DNA from: a virus
Taxonomy: Duplodnaviria; Caudoviricetes
Reading direction: 5' to 3' (one strand)
Length of the DNA stretch: 64,000 bases
IMG/VR virus record: IMGVR_UViG_3300005805_000060
Coordinates: 1-64,000 of that record
The notes under the pieces are model-generated. The model was not told the origin of the DNA, did no database searches, and was given only the letters and a program-made list of their open reading frames with translations. The position numbers were made by a program, and so were the translations under genes. The stretch's first letter is position 1, and the number at the start of each line of letters is the position of its first letter. Below, in pieces: positions 27,746 through 36,165 of the stretch.

Positions 27746-28246
27746 TTACCAGGCCTTGTTGTAATCGATCACTTCGCAGTTTCTCGAAATGTCCTTGACA
27801 AAGTACACACATTGTGGCACCGATTCATCTTCAATGGGCACTGCCAGCATCTGCCCGTTCTTGAGTTTGGGTGAGTACCATGTAACTTCGTGGTACACAT
27901 CTAAGATCTCAATCTCAGGAAAACTGGGCCGAAAGTCTGTGAGCGGGTTGAACTGGAATGCCCGGAATCCGCGATCATTGATTGATGTCAAGGGCAGCAC
28001 TTCAAGGTCTCCAATGTCAGGTTCTCCGATCAAGATTTGCCAGTCCATGGGCATCTTGACAGTGTGTTCGCCAATCCTTAGTACCAGAGCCGGTGCAGTA
28101 AAACTCTCCAGGAAGATCAGGGGTATGTAGTGATAGTCAGGATTGGCGGGATCAGAGTTGTCTAGAATAGCAAATCTTAGATCGTCTATCTCGTCTGGCA
28201 GCGTGTCGAGCTCGTAGGGTTCATTATCCAAGGTCAGTATTTTCAT
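27746..28246 (-). CDS. Conserved hypothetical protein
   Basis: 166 aa with its own promoter. Confidence 0.7.
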   Translation of the reverse strand: MKILTLDNEPYELDTLPDEIDDLRFAILDNSDPANPDYHYIPLIFLESFTAPALVLRIGEHTVKMPMDWQILIGEPDIGDLEVLPLTSINDRGFRAFQFNPLTDFRPSFPEIEILDVYHEVTWYSPKLKNGQMLAVPIEDESVPQCVYFVKDISRNCEVIDYNKAW

Positions 28247-28252
28247 CTTGTT

Positions 28253-28281
28253 ACTATAGAGTAGATAAGGTAAAAAGTCAA
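28253..28281 (-). promoter_or_regulatory. Sigma70-type promoter TTGACT-17-TATAGT
   Basis: -35 at 28276-28281, -10 at 28253-28258; ATG 6 nt downstream. Confidence 0.7.
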
Positions 28282-29126
28282 GTAGTCATCCAGTCTAGCC
28301 GTTCGTGTGTAAACGGATAGTGTGCGTCTTTGTAATAGGCCTTGCGCTTGGTCAAGTGACGTTTGGCAAATTTACAGGTGCTGGTCACATCCCAGATCTG
28401 CACATAATCTTTGTCTTCAGCTTTGCGAATGCCACGACCGATGCTCTGAATAACACGCACAAAGCTCTTGCCAGGCTCCACCAGCACAAGATTAAAAATA
28501 CGGGGAATGTTAATGCCCACTGCTGCAACACCGTAGGTGGCCACAATGATCTTGTCTGTCGCTTCCGCCACTTGGTCATAGTGATCCTGCCTTTCTAGAG
28601 ACTTGGTAGCGCCGGATATGAATACTGCTCGGTCGCCCAGGCGCTCTACCAAGGCCTGTCCCGCAGCCACACGATCTACCAAGACCAGGGTATTGCCGGT
28701 CTCGTTCACGCGCTGTATCAGCTGAGCCATGGTGTCCAGTCTACCAGATTCTTCCAAGAGGTATTTAAGCTCACTTTGATAGTTCGAGAATTCTACTGGA
28801 TCTACCAGCTGTACCACGTTCACGTGACACTGAGCCAAAACTCCCCGATCTTGCAGTTCGGCAGCGGCCAGGCGATGTATCACGGGGCCCAGGCTCACAT
28901 GTATGGCCTGGAACTCAAAATCTTCCTTGGGTATGGTACCAGTGAGCCCCCAGCGAACAGGCACTTGCGACATCACTCCCGTGAGCAGAGTCTTGAGAGC
29001 ATCGGCTTTGGCCATGTGACAATTGGATACTACTGCACCATTGACAACGTAATTGTGATCCTCTGCCACATGCAGATTGAACACCTCAATTGGTTTTTCA
29101 ATCTCGGTTCTTTTTACCAGCTTCAT
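28278..29126 (-). CDS. uvsW: UvsW helicase piece 3: 35-aa C-intein plus C-extein
   Basis: MKLVKRTEI...VFNLHVAEDHNYVVNGAVVSN then CHMAK..., GLTGT, VGINIP and QSIGRGIR SF2 motifs. Confidence 0.93.
   Translation of the reverse strand: MKLVKRTEIEKPIEVFNLHVAEDHNYVVNGAVVSNCHMAKADALKTLLTGVMSQVPVRWGLTGTIPKEDFEFQAIHVSLGPVIHRLAAAELQDRGVLAQCHVNVVQLVDPVEFSNYQSELKYLLEESGRLDTMAQLIQRVNETGNTLVLVDRVAAGQALVERLGDRAVFISGATKSLERQDHYDQVAEATDKIIVATYGVAAVGINIPRIFNLVLVEPGKSFVRVIQSIGRGIRKAEDKDYVQIWDVTSTCKFAKRHLTKRKAYYKDAHYPFTHERLDWMTT
29022..29126 (-). mobile_element. Split intein IntC (UvsW site 2, canonical short C part)
   Basis: Block F/G similar to DnaE-type IntC; terminal Asn35 and +1 Cys. Confidence 0.9.
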
Positions 29127-30015
29127 ATATTTTCCTTATTTTGCGAGCAGTGCTAGCATCAAATCTGGTATAATCACAAGGCTCCGGATGATTACATAAC
29201 CAGGTCTGATCAACCAAATTGAGTTGAAATCCGTTTAGCTGGGACCAGTCCCTCAATGCTTTTATTTTGGCATCAAATTTTGAACCACAGCATAATTCCT
29301 TGGGCTTTATCTCTGCTACCGTTTTGTTTTCATAGTCAACAAAGTCTACAATATAAACCTTGTTGGCTCCTTCAAATTGATATTCAATCCTGAGTTTTTC
29401 ATAACACGCTGTTGGTACGTGATATTGATACAGTGTCTCCCAACTTGATCTATATCTAATTCCATCCAATGTAGATTGCCAGTGTGTATTTCTGTTATTG
29501 GAATTTGGAGTGAATGTTCCCTCAAGTATTCGGGATTGCATGAGCCGTGATCGGTACTTTTTGTCTTTGTCTGACATAGATTTGCCGTACATTCCATTGC
29601 CTGCTCCTGAGTTTTTTCTGGCAATCGCATCTTTCACCGACTGTGGTCGAGGGCCAAGAGATCCAATGGCCTGACCTTGGGTGCCTGCGTTCCATGATCG
29701 GCCGGTGTTGAGATTTTTTCTAATTTTTGAACCATGCTTAATCTGGCACACTCGCCCCCCAGCTGCTGATAGTAATGATTTGATTTCTTTCTCAGTACAA
29801 GTGCCGGCCAATAATGAATCTATGTTAGATACCCATTGATGAGTTCTTGAATTCATAACACGTTTTTTGAACTTAGTAAAATCATTGCCCGATAACCTGT
29901 GTCCGGTAGATAAGACAAGAAACCCAAGACCAAACTCTATTACCCTTGTTACCTGTCCAAATTCTAATAGACGACTGTTCAAACGTTCAATCCATTGCGC
30001 ATAACTGATTTTCAT
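29098..30015 (-). mobile_element. Free-standing homing endonuclease (TnsA-like PD-(D/E)XK with NUMOD3-like motif)
   Basis: NGMYGK, YRSSWE, YIVDFVD...EIKPK; AT-rich; GAGG SD before the ATG at 30015 (ORF open from 30036). Confidence 0.8.
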
Positions 30016-30028
30016 AAATACCTCTGCT

Positions 30029-30325
30029 TTAGTCAAGCGTATTTATGATTTCGTGCTGATCTGTGAGTTCGTCGGCACGGCACCATCCCAGATTAGTAAA
30101 AAATTTGTGGTTTCCGGTTACTTCAACTTGCATACCATTATCAAATTCTAACCGATACATTCTTTCTGTCAGCGACGTGGTCAAGTTACAATGCTGTTTG
30201 ACTATCACATCTTCCTTAAACTTTTTGGTTTTTTCGCAGTAATTGATTACGCGGTTACCGGCCTGCAGATCACGGATTGGTACATACCCGTCAGGAGTCA
30301 GCACCGGAGTATCACCCGCAAAACA
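30029..30325 (-). mobile_element. Split intein IntN (UvsW site 2, 98 aa)
   Basis: CFAGDTPVLTPDG block A, TGNH block B, W.RADEL, then stop. Confidence 0.92.
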
Positions 30326-31009
30326 TTCATCAACTATGACGCAGACCACATCTTTCAGGAATTCCTGGATGGTGCAATCGGCATCTCCATCGCGGCCGGC
30401 CTTGAGCAGCACATTGAGACTCTGCCAGGTACAAATGGTGTGTTGGCATCCCCACTCCTTGCGATCTCCAAAATACACGCCCACATCTAGACCCATGTTC
30501 ACATAGTCTCGTTCGGTCTGAGTGACCAGACTCTTGTTGGGTACAATCACGATGCTTCGCCCATACGGTGTCACACGATCACTCAAGGCCGCAGTCATGA
30601 TGGTGTTGTGGTGGATCAACCCATTGGCATCTACGTACAAGTGAGGGGCATCAATGGCTATATCAAAACAGTCTTGATTATCCATGTGAGATATCTCTGT
30701 TACTGTTATTTTACCATTGAGGTGATCAACTGTTGATCCAACAGATAAATCTCCTGCAAAAATATCCCTGCCGTATTGTTGGAGGATATGTTGTTTTGCG
30801 ACACGTATGGAATAATCGGTGTCAAAAGTCAGATTAACCATTGGTAAATCAAACTTTTTTATAAGATGACTTACCTTTGCTTCCTTGTTTGGTGTTGGGA
30901 CGGAGATTGCTAGCTCGCCAATATCTAATTCAACATTGTCTGACAGATCAGTTGATTTAAATTCTTCAACGTATGCTGCAAGTTTACCAATCGATAATTT
31001 TACTTTCAT
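30029..31009 (-). CDS. uvsW: UvsW helicase piece 2: long C-intein, 93-aa middle extein, N-intein
   Basis: ...DANGLIHHN|TIMTAAL...VIVDE|CFAGDT...TGNHKFF; ATGA-coupled to the upstream endonuclease. Confidence 0.93.
   Translation of the reverse strand: MKVKLSIGKLAAYVEEFKSTDLSDNVELDIGELAISVPTPNKEAKVSHLIKKFDLPMVNLTFDTDYSIRVAKQHILQQYGRDIFAGDLSVGSTVDHLNGKITVTEISHMDNQDCFDIAIDAPHLYVDANGLIHHNTIMTAALSDRVTPYGRSIVIVPNKSLVTQTERDYVNMGLDVGVYFGDRKEWGCQHTICTWQSLNVLLKAGRDGDADCTIQEFLKDVVCVIVDECFAGDTPVLTPDGYVPIRDLQAGNRVINYCEKTKKFKEDVIVKQHCNLTTSLTERMYRLEFDNGMQVEVTGNHKFFTNLGWCRADELTDQHEIINTLD
30605..31009 (-). mobile_element. Split intein IntC (UvsW site 1, atypical long C part, 135 aa)
   Basis: Contains block B-like His (AKQH), block F (CFDIAI) and terminal HN; +1 Thr. 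Confidence 0.88.
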
Positions 31010-32013
31010 TTGATAAAATCCTTGCATTGTTTCACAGTGTTTTCGGGATCCAGAGTATATTCGTGTTCCCAGATCACCAACACTTGATACCCGTTGTCTT
31101 GCAAATCTTTGACTTTTTTGGCATCATGATCCCAGATGTCGGCCACTGTCTTTTTCCTCACCTGGTGTGATCCAGCATAAAATTTTGGGTTTCCGTGCCA
31201 GTAGTCGCCATAGTATTCTATGATCTTTTTACCATATAAAAAGTCAACACGGTGTACTTTTTTCTTTCCTCGAACGGTTTTTTCATTGGGGCCATAATAG
31301 CCAACTCCTAGATTTTCAAATAGTTCAAGGGATCTTTTGCTGCGATTAGCCACCATTCTCTTGTTACCATCTGAATTTAGCCATCGCTCGATTCGTTGAT
31401 TGAATAGGTCTTCACCAGCGGCCCCATATTTTCTTTTATAAAACTCAATCCCATTGGTGGTTTGGATCTCTCTCACTTTGTTCGCGGCCTCCTCCGGTGT
31501 ATGACCTTGCCTAATCCAATACTCGTGAGATCTAGCGGAGAATCCCCGAGAACCTTTCTTTGATGCCGGGGATCTAGACGATCTCTCTCGTTGAACCATC
31601 AAGACTTTTTCTAAAGCCTGAGTCTCAGAAAACCCTTGGTTGGTCCAAAAGTTGATCGTGTTCGGAAACCCTTTGCTCTTTTCTTGATTGGCCAACATCA
31701 TTGCCAACTGAGTCTGGCTGGCAGTAAACATGCACTCTAGTTTACTTGCTTTCATCAGGTTAGTACCATCTTTAGAACATTTACACATGAGTCGAGCCAA
31801 GAAATTTCCGCGCCATATTCCAAGAGACAATTTGGTTCCGCACTTGTAACAGGTGCGGGTGCCTATTTCTAATCCTGATCTTATGAAATGTCGACTGGCA
31901 TAAACTGGTGCATCCACAAAGTCGATTAGATTCCATTTGTTGATGTTGTTTAGAGTGCATAATCGCAACCAACTTTTTTTAGCAAACTTGGTTGTTATTT
32001 CTTGTAACGTCAT
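31006..32013 (-). mobile_element. Free-standing Vsr-like (EDxHD/DUF559) homing endonuclease
   Basis: VDF...IEYYGDYWHGNP...DAKK...GYQVLVIWE; AGGAG SD; AT-rich. Confidence 0.85.
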
Positions 32014-32107
32014 TACCCTGCTCCTGTTGTAATTTATTTATGATAAATTTACCAAAAGAAGAGTTTTCGTCAATCTCTAGACACAACTCAGTATCCCCTG
32101 CTAGGCA
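31979..32107 (-). mobile_element. Split intein IntN (UvsW site 1, atypical, at most 42 aa)
   Basis: CLAGDTELCLEID block A begins inside the Walker A (GK|T). Confidence 0.85.
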
Positions 32108-32551
32108 CTTGCCCGCGCCGGTGGCAATCTCCTGAAGACTCTGTAGATTGGTCAAGAAGTTGTTGATGACCACAACTTGATAGTCGCGCAGCATTATGGG
32201 CTCGCCGGCCTGGGGATGTCCTTGGGGCCATACCCGATCTGCAAAGCTGCCTTCATGCACTGGTTCTAGGGCAATGCGTGAGCTGTAGGTACGCTGATCA
32301 TCAAGATCAATGTCGTAGTCAAATTCCTCTAGCACAGGCAATATTTCTGGCAAGAGATTGGTGTAACTGCTACCGCCCAACTGAAAAAAGCTCACACATC
32401 CATCCCAACGTCCTAGACGCACTGCTGGCAGATAGCGGGCATATGGCACCTGATACTTGAACTTCTTTACCAGAGCTCGACGAGCATCAAGGTCGAGTCC
32501 TTCAATCTTGCAGTTGACTTCGTCACGAATTACTATAGTGGCTTTTTTCAT
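31979..32551 (-). CDS. uvsW: UvsW helicase piece 1: N-extein plus short N-intein
   Basis: WDG.V.FF, LRDYQ Q-motif, ATGAGK then CLAGDT; stop 42 aa later. Confidence 0.93.
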   Translation of the reverse strand: MKKATIVIRDEVNCKIEGLDLDARRALVKKFKYQVPYARYLPAVRLGRWDGCVSFFQLGGSSYTNLLPEILPVLEEFDYDIDLDDQRTYSSRIALEPVHEGSFADRVWPQGHPQAGEPIMLRDYQVVVINNFLTNLQSLQEIATGAGKCLAGDTELCLEIDENSSFGKFIINKLQQEQGNDVTRNNNQVC

Positions 32552-33420
32552 TGTATGGTCACAGTTTTAACCCATTGGTTTGCGGTAATACTTTGTATTA
32601 TACTAGAGTTATCGCTGCAATCCGAAATCAATTCAGCCACTTTGTACTGCATTGGTTGTGCTTGCCAGCACCGGGGACTAAGCACTCCGCAAGATTGAAA
32701 AAAAGCTTGTCGACTATGCCAATACTCCTCTATCTTTTCCTGTTGGTGCTGTAGATATTCAGGTGTATCATTATAGAAACTGATTACAAAATCTGCACTG
32801 TAGTGGGAAAATGGTAGAAACATGTCTTGCCCAGCATACTGGTCTTGGTCCTTGGCCAGTTCCCAAAGTGTTTTACCAATCTCGCAGTAATTGAGATAGA
32901 CTGATCCAAACTGTCGCCCTACTTCTCCCCAACGCTGGCATAGTTCGGGATCTAGAGTTTCGGTCTTGGGCATGCCCCACCAAGTGCATACCATCCGAGG
33001 ACGAGACAAAGCTAGACTTTCACAACGATGCACCAGCACGTTGAGTCGTGCTAGTGCCTGCTGTACTTGGGGAGTTGCAAGATTCCACCACGCAGTATTC
33101 TGACTGTTCAGTTGTCCGTGGTAGGTTTCAAATATCCAATGCAGGTAGTTAAGCAGGTCCTGATCAAACTGATCAAGGACTGGGCGCTCAATTATGTGCT
33201 GATACGAGTTGATTGTGTCAACACAGAGTCTTAGCTCATGTAAAGCAGACTCCCGTTGACTCTCTCGGCTACCAAACCCATAAAACCGCTGAGGGTCATC
33301 CAAGGGCCAGGAGTGCCGCAGACGCATGCGATCAAGCCATAGTTGGGCCACCGGAGTTGACAGTACCCGGAAACGCAATTCTAGATCGCGATCTTTACCT
33401 AGCTCAAGTACCAGATCCAT
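32548..33420 (-). CDS. Hypothetical protein (paralog of 46770..47675)
   Basis: LNVLVHRCE and YCEIGK motifs shared with the paralog; ATGA-coupled to uvsW piece 1. Confidence 0.65.
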   Translation of the reverse strand: MDLVLELGKDRDLELRFRVLSTPVAQLWLDRMRLRHSWPLDDPQRFYGFGSRESQRESALHELRLCVDTINSYQHIIERPVLDQFDQDLLNYLHWIFETYHGQLNSQNTAWWNLATPQVQQALARLNVLVHRCESLALSRPRMVCTWWGMPKTETLDPELCQRWGEVGRQFGSVYLNYCEIGKTLWELAKDQDQYAGQDMFLPFSHYSADFVISFYNDTPEYLQHQQEKIEEYWHSRQAFFQSCGVLSPRCWQAQPMQYKVAELISDCSDNSSIIQSITANQWVKTVTIQ

Positions 33421-33447
33421 CAAGTATATATGCCACTGCAAACGGCC

Positions 33448-33475
33448 AAAAAAAGAGGCACCCCAAGGTGCCTCT
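33448..33475 (-). terminator. Rho-independent terminator
   Basis: AGAGGCACC/GGTGCCTCT stem followed by a T7 run on the minus strand. Confidence 0.85.
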
Positions 33476-33522
33476 AAAAATCCAGATCGCCTAGGAGCTA
33501 GACTCGGCGATCCGGTGTCAAC

Positions 33523-34545
33523 TTAGTCCCCGCTACGCATACATGTAGTTTCTGCCATGCGCTGCCAGCTGTTGGGGAAGCTCTTGACCAGATCCGCAAT
33601 CTTGATCGCCATGCGCAGGCTCATCTCACGCAGACGTGTCTGGTTGGTGTTCATGAACTCAATGATCGATTCCTGGGTCTCGGTGCTGAAGTCGTAGTCC
33701 GCAAACAGAACACCATCCGACGCGATCTGCCGGATACGCAGGATCTTGTCGCGCATGGTGTCCAGCGTGAGGTCCAGATAGTGACAACGTGATTGCAGTG
33801 CGTCCAGGTGATCCTTGAGCTTCTGGCTCTTCATCCGGTCAAACTTGAGGTTCGTGATAAAGATCACCGAGCCACGAAACTCAAACGCCTCCGGAATGCC
33901 CTCGTTGCGCAGCACCCGGCTCTCACTCAGCCAAGAAATACGACGCTTCTTGCCCGAGTCCAAGGCACCCTTGAGCAGGTTCAGTGCAACGTCGTCCATG
34001 AGAATCGAGTCGCAGTCGTCGAACACGATCAGGCAGTTGGAGTCCGAGTATTTGTACAGGGTCTGGTACAGACCAATCGGGGTAGCTGACCCCTTGACCA
34101 CTTCGGCACGCAGACGCGTGCCCGAGATCTTGTCGAACAGCGTGGCCTTCTCGACCTCTTGCTCGACACCAAAGCTCTTGCCCACACCGGGCGGGCCCGA
34201 CACGATCATGGCGCGGATGTCGCCGCTCACGCAGGCCTTGGTCATGTCCGTCAGGATCTCGAACCGCTCACGAATCCGGCTCATGGCCTCTTCGTCAGTT
34301 TCGATCGTTGCCGGCACTGCGGCACTCACAGTGGGACGGCTCTCACCGTTGCCGATCACCTGGATGTCTTCGATGCTGTCAACTACCACGCGGATCTCGT
34401 CCGCAAAGCCCGGGAATTGCCCTTCGTTTTTTACCGTCACGAAATTGCCTTTCTTGCCCGTCGTGAAGTCCTTGACCAGGGTAAAGGACACGTTCTGCAC
34501 AGGCTGTTTGCGATAGCTGCCGTTCTTGATCACAACTTGGGTCAT
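33523..34545 (-). CDS. AAA+/P-loop ATPase, conserved in T4-like phages
   Basis: GPPGVGKS Walker A, FDDCD Walker B, ITN sensor; AGGAG SD. Confidence 0.85.
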   Translation of the reverse strand: MTQVVIKNGSYRKQPVQNVSFTLVKDFTTGKKGNFVTVKNEGQFPGFADEIRVVVDSIEDIQVIGNGESRPTVSAAVPATIETDEEAMSRIRERFEILTDMTKACVSGDIRAMIVSGPPGVGKSFGVEQEVEKATLFDKISGTRLRAEVVKGSATPIGLYQTLYKYSDSNCLIVFDDCDSILMDDVALNLLKGALDSGKKRRISWLSESRVLRNEGIPEAFEFRGSVIFITNLKFDRMKSQKLKDHLDALQSRCHYLDLTLDTMRDKILRIRQIASDGVLFADYDFSTETQESIIEFMNTNQTRLREMSLRMAIKIADLVKSFPNSWQRMAETTCMRSGD

Positions 34546-34578
34546 TTGCTAGCTCCTGTGTTTTTAGTTTATGTGTCT

Positions 34579-34609
34579 ATTGTACTAGAACAGGAATTAC
34601 TGGTCAACC
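34579..34609 (-). promoter_or_regulatory. Early promoter GG-TTGACC-17-TACAAT
   Basis: -35 at 34602-34607, -10 at 34579-34584. Confidence 0.8.
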
Positions 34610-34878
34610 GTGATCTGCACGGGCACAGTGAGATGCCGTGCAGCTGGGCAGCCCTGCACGAGCACAAAATTGGCTCTGAGTTCCGCTGCATGTTTGCGGA
34701 TAACCCGCTCGACCAGCTCAGAAGCATGTTCGTGCTTGATGTCGCAGATATCGCTAGAGGTCAGGGCAGTGTTGCTGAGTGCCAGGGTGTTGTGCATGTC
34801 GTACGAGAACTTCACGCGCAGCATCTTGAGACGGGGATTTACCACAATCTTGGCAACCACGGGCTTGACTGCTTGCAT
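34597..34878 (-). CDS. Hypothetical early protein
   Basis: AGGAG SD; 93 aa. Confidence 0.65.
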   Translation of the reverse strand: MQAVKPVVAKIVVNPRLKMLRVKFSYDMHNTLALSNTALTSSDICDIKHEHASELVERVIRKHAAELRANFVLVQGCPAARHLTVPVQITVDQ

Positions 34879-34906
34879 GTCTGCTCCTGCTTGTTAGTAT
34901 GCAGCT

Positions 34907-34937
34907 ATTATGCCTGAAATATAGTTTCTGGTCAACC
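34907..34937 (-). promoter_or_regulatory. Early promoter GG-TTGACC-17-CATAAT
   Basis: -35 at 34930-34935, -10 at 34907-34912. Confidence 0.75.
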
Positions 34938-34959
34938 AAGCTTGCTGGAAAAATTTCCA

Positions 34960-35003
34960 GCAAAATCAATGACTTACGTGTCCTGCTAAGTCATTGATTT
35001 TGC
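34960..35003. promoter_or_regulatory. Inverted pair of IHF-consensus boxes (second copy)
   Basis: GCAAAATCAATGACTTA-10-TAAGTCATTGATTTTGC, 17-bp perfect arms. Confidence 0.65.
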
Positions 35004-35007
35004 AGAG

Positions 35008-35217
35008 TTATTTGTTGCCTGGTTCTTTCTGGAACTCAAGGCGCGTCTTTTGGATCTGGAACATGACTACCCCAATTACCAATGCCATACATCCGGCAAA
35101 AATATACACAGGATCAATGTCTGTGACTTGTCCTAAAAAGTGCACGGCCGCTACAAAACACCCAACGTAACCAAAAAACAGCAGAGTGTGCCCTAGTGCA
35201 AGCAGATTGGATTTCAT
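35008..35217 (-). CDS. Small membrane protein (2 TM helices)
   Basis: Two hydrophobic stretches. Confidence 0.55.
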   Translation of the reverse strand: MKSNLLALGHTLLFFGYVGCFVAAVHFLGQVTDIDPVYIFAGCMALVIGVVMFQIQKTRLEFQKEPGNK

Positions 35218-35281
35218 ACTGAGGTCCTTTCAAGGTAGAAGTTATATCTGCTGGATTGCTCCAGCAGTTTACTGTAAAGCG

Positions 35282-35310
35282 AGTGTAACAAAAAACTAGA
35301 TTGCTGTCAA
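35282..35310 (-). promoter_or_regulatory. Sigma70-type promoter TTGACA-17-TACACT
   Basis: -35 at 35305-35310, -10 at 35282-35287. Confidence 0.7.
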
Positions 35311-35314
35311 CCGG

Positions 35315-36118
35315 CTAACGCCACAGGGTCTGTACCAGGGGGTCAGTGATCTCGTGTGGTTTGGGCTGGCCGTGGAACACCAAGACACTGACCCCGGGCT
35401 GTATTTGGGTGCCTGTGCCAGGTGAACGATACTGTCGAGAGCAAAAGTCCATGCCACCGTCTCTGGCTGACCATCGCCAGCTTTGAGCATGGTGGTCGGG
35501 GAAAAACCTCTTGAGGTCAGGATCCAGTGCGTCTTGCAGAAAGTCTTGGTCGCCGTGATATCGCTGTTGCGCCAAGGCCGGAGTGACGCGCATGAACCGA
35601 TCCCAGACTGGGGCATGCAATCCAGTGTTCCACCACATCATGCTGCTGTTCATACGATTGAAACTGCTGCGTTGTAGGTATCGGAAGTCTCTCAGGGCCC
35701 AGAATCGTTGAGTAACATGCTCTAATACCCAGTCCAGGCTGTTGCAGATTACCACATCTAGATCTAGATACAAGAGATCGCCAGCAAAATGTTCGGGGTT
35801 GAACATCTGCATCTTGTACCACCAGCTTTTTTTAGGACCTGAGATGCCAGGCCATTCTTCTAGACAGTGTTTCACATAGTCTGGTGGCACTGAACGGTCA
35901 TGCTCGGTCCACACATGCATGGTCACAGGCACTGTGAAATTGCGTGTGACCATGTTGCGCAGGCGCTCCACATAGATCCAGTCATAGACATTGCCGTGTA
36001 TCACACAGCCCACATCTATACAATCTCTGCCTGGCAGAGAGATCTGTTGTTTTTGTCTACGCCGCAGAGCCTTGGCGGCACGGATCTGTTGCTTGGTCAG
36101 AGAGGTGGATTGTGTCAT
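35315..36118 (-). CDS. GT-A (GT8-like) glycosyltransferase
   Basis: LYLDLDVVI DxD, NSSMMWW, GDQD and FHGQPKP motifs. Confidence 0.8.
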   Translation of the reverse strand: MTQSTSLTKQQIRAAKALRRRQKQQISLPGRDCIDVGCVIHGNVYDWIYVERLRNMVTRNFTVPVTMHVWTEHDRSVPPDYVKHCLEEWPGISGPKKSWWYKMQMFNPEHFAGDLLYLDLDVVICNSLDWVLEHVTQRFWALRDFRYLQRSSFNRMNSSMMWWNTGLHAPVWDRFMRVTPALAQQRYHGDQDFLQDALDPDLKRFFPDHHAQSWRWSARDGGMDFCSRQYRSPGTGTQIQPGVSVLVFHGQPKPHEITDPLVQTLWR

Positions 36119-36132
36119 GATCTAAGAAATCA

Positions 36133-36160
36133 TATTTACTCGAAACATAGCCTATAAATA
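36133..36160. promoter_or_regulatory. Divergent late promoters (TAAATA minus; TATAAATA plus)
   Basis: 36133-36138 faces 36118; 36153-36160 sits 5 nt before the ATG at 36166. Confidence 0.65.
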
Positions 36161-36165
36161 TTTCT

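Noticed and set aside
28278-32551. uvsW as a pseudogene, frameshifted gene or group I intron-split gene
   Set aside because: Each junction has intein block A or F/G residues with correct nucleophiles. Each piece has its own SD or ATGA coupling, and the exteins rejoin exactly.
33815-34917. Long plus-strand ORFs (33815..34516, 34159..34917)
   Set aside because: They are antisense shadows of the AAA+ ATPase gene, with no motifs or RBS.
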